Origin: Callorhinchus milii
Taxonomy: Eukaryota
Direction: 5' to 3'
Assembly: GCF_018977255.1 (NCBI RefSeq)
Contig: NW_024704742.1
Location: 7,938,001-8,002,000, forward strand
Length of the DNA stretch: 64,000 bases
Shown here: in pieces, positions 63,055-64,000 of the stretch
How positions within the stretch are numbered: position 1 is the stretch's first letter
Layout of the letters: every line of letters starts with the position of its first letter
Position numbers and translations under genes: made by a program
Notes under the pieces: model-generated
Seen by the model: only the letters and a program-made list of their open reading frames with translations
Databases searched by the model: none
Told to the model about the DNA's origin: nothing

Positions 63055-63539
63055 CATCTCAAATGTATTTGGCTGGCATCCAAATGGACTTCCATCATGA
63101 CAGCATGTATTTCGTGTATAAAAAGCCTATGCCTCCTGTTCTTAGGTGTGATTGAAATGTTCCAGTGTTAAATTTTACACAGTACAAAAAAATGTACACA
63201 AAATAGCAGTTACCTTTGTCACACAGCTCCAAATAGGTACTAACTTCTTGGGCTAAATCTAATCTAAAAAAGCTTACTTTATTAATACTACTATGGCTAT
63301 TTCTCCCCCATAGTGTCCTCACTGTTACATCCCAAGCCACAAATATACATTCTTACACACTCTTACTGTTCAACCTCATTGTGTTCAAATCAAAACTCGG
63401 ATAAGTTTCTCCTCCTAAGTCTTAACATTATCCCGCAGGTCTGCAAAGCTGCAGAATTTCTTGTCTACCTCAGTCTTCCTTTGCATCCATCTAAAAATGC
63501 ATCTATGCGCCTTTAAAACCAAATCATTGTATCTGCTAT

Positions 63540-63638
63540 GAACACAGAAGTCGCTGGGAACATGCAGCAGGTCAGGCAGCATCTATGGAGAGAGAAAAAT
63601 TAGTCAATGTTTCAGGACAATGACCTTTCGTCAGAACC
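63540..63638 (-). mobile_element. Second Penelope-like short repeat with degenerate hammerhead core
   Basis: Minus strand ggttCTGACGAaaggtcattgtcctGAAAcattgact...tctccatagatgctgcctgacctgctg; homologous to 434-536. Confidence 0.6.
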
Positions 63639-64000
63639 TAGCGGCATAGTGTTTGCAAAAGATTTCTTGGGAGAGAGTCTGCATTTGACAGATACAGGGA
63701 AATTTCCATGATGAGGTGGCATATACATGTGGCGCTCTCAGGCTGTTTTGGATACTCTTAAGCACAGTGATTGGATTCCACATGTGTCAGACACCTGCTG
63801 ACTAAAATAAAATATATCCTGAGCATGCCAATGTTTTAGTCCTTCACTCTCTCTCTTAGCTGATCAGATGACACTATAAACTGCAGGTGTAAAGATTCAG
63901 TATGCTGAAGCATGAAGCCCAAAATTGTATTTAGAGTTCCCTTGTAGCTGTTTCCATAATATATTAGACAGCAATGGCTTCAAGCCTGATACATTTTTGG

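Noticed and set aside
63708..63801. C/D box snoRNA (ATGATGA...CTGA)
   Set aside because: No terminal stem and no rRNA/snRNA guide I can recognise.
1..64000. CRISPR array or prokaryotic operon-like system
   Set aside because: Repeats are dispersed retroposons with irregular spacing and both orientations; there are no long ORFs; the sequence is vertebrate-like.

Overview
Repeat-rich, AT-leaning vertebrate non-coding DNA (large intron or gene desert). I can support no host protein-coding exon; the only ORFs with recognisable homology are broken LINE ORF2 pieces (L2 and CR1). The repeat complement points to a cartilaginous fish, most likely a holocephalan such as Callorhinchus milii (inference, not searched). 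It comprises: a young tRNA-Ala-headed CORE-like SINE (dozens of full or partial copies, long and short subfamilies); an older Deu-domain SINE sharing the same 3' tail; at least two L2 families; CR1 fragments; ancient AmnSINE2-like and LF-SINE-like relics; and a fold-back (MITE-like) family. Most notable: (1) two copies of a short repeat carrying a minimal type-I hammerhead ribozyme core of the Penelope type (434-470 +, 63602-63638 -); (2) a ~0.9 kb duplication bounded by SINE tails at both loci, with a 31-nt inverted templated insertion at one junction; (3) a covarying 3' hairpin shared by both SINE families and L2; (4) ~220-235 bp palindromic elements. Family names are from recalled consensus motifs and need Dfam/Repbase confirmation, and most boundaries are approximate. 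I do not see a convincingly new biological system.
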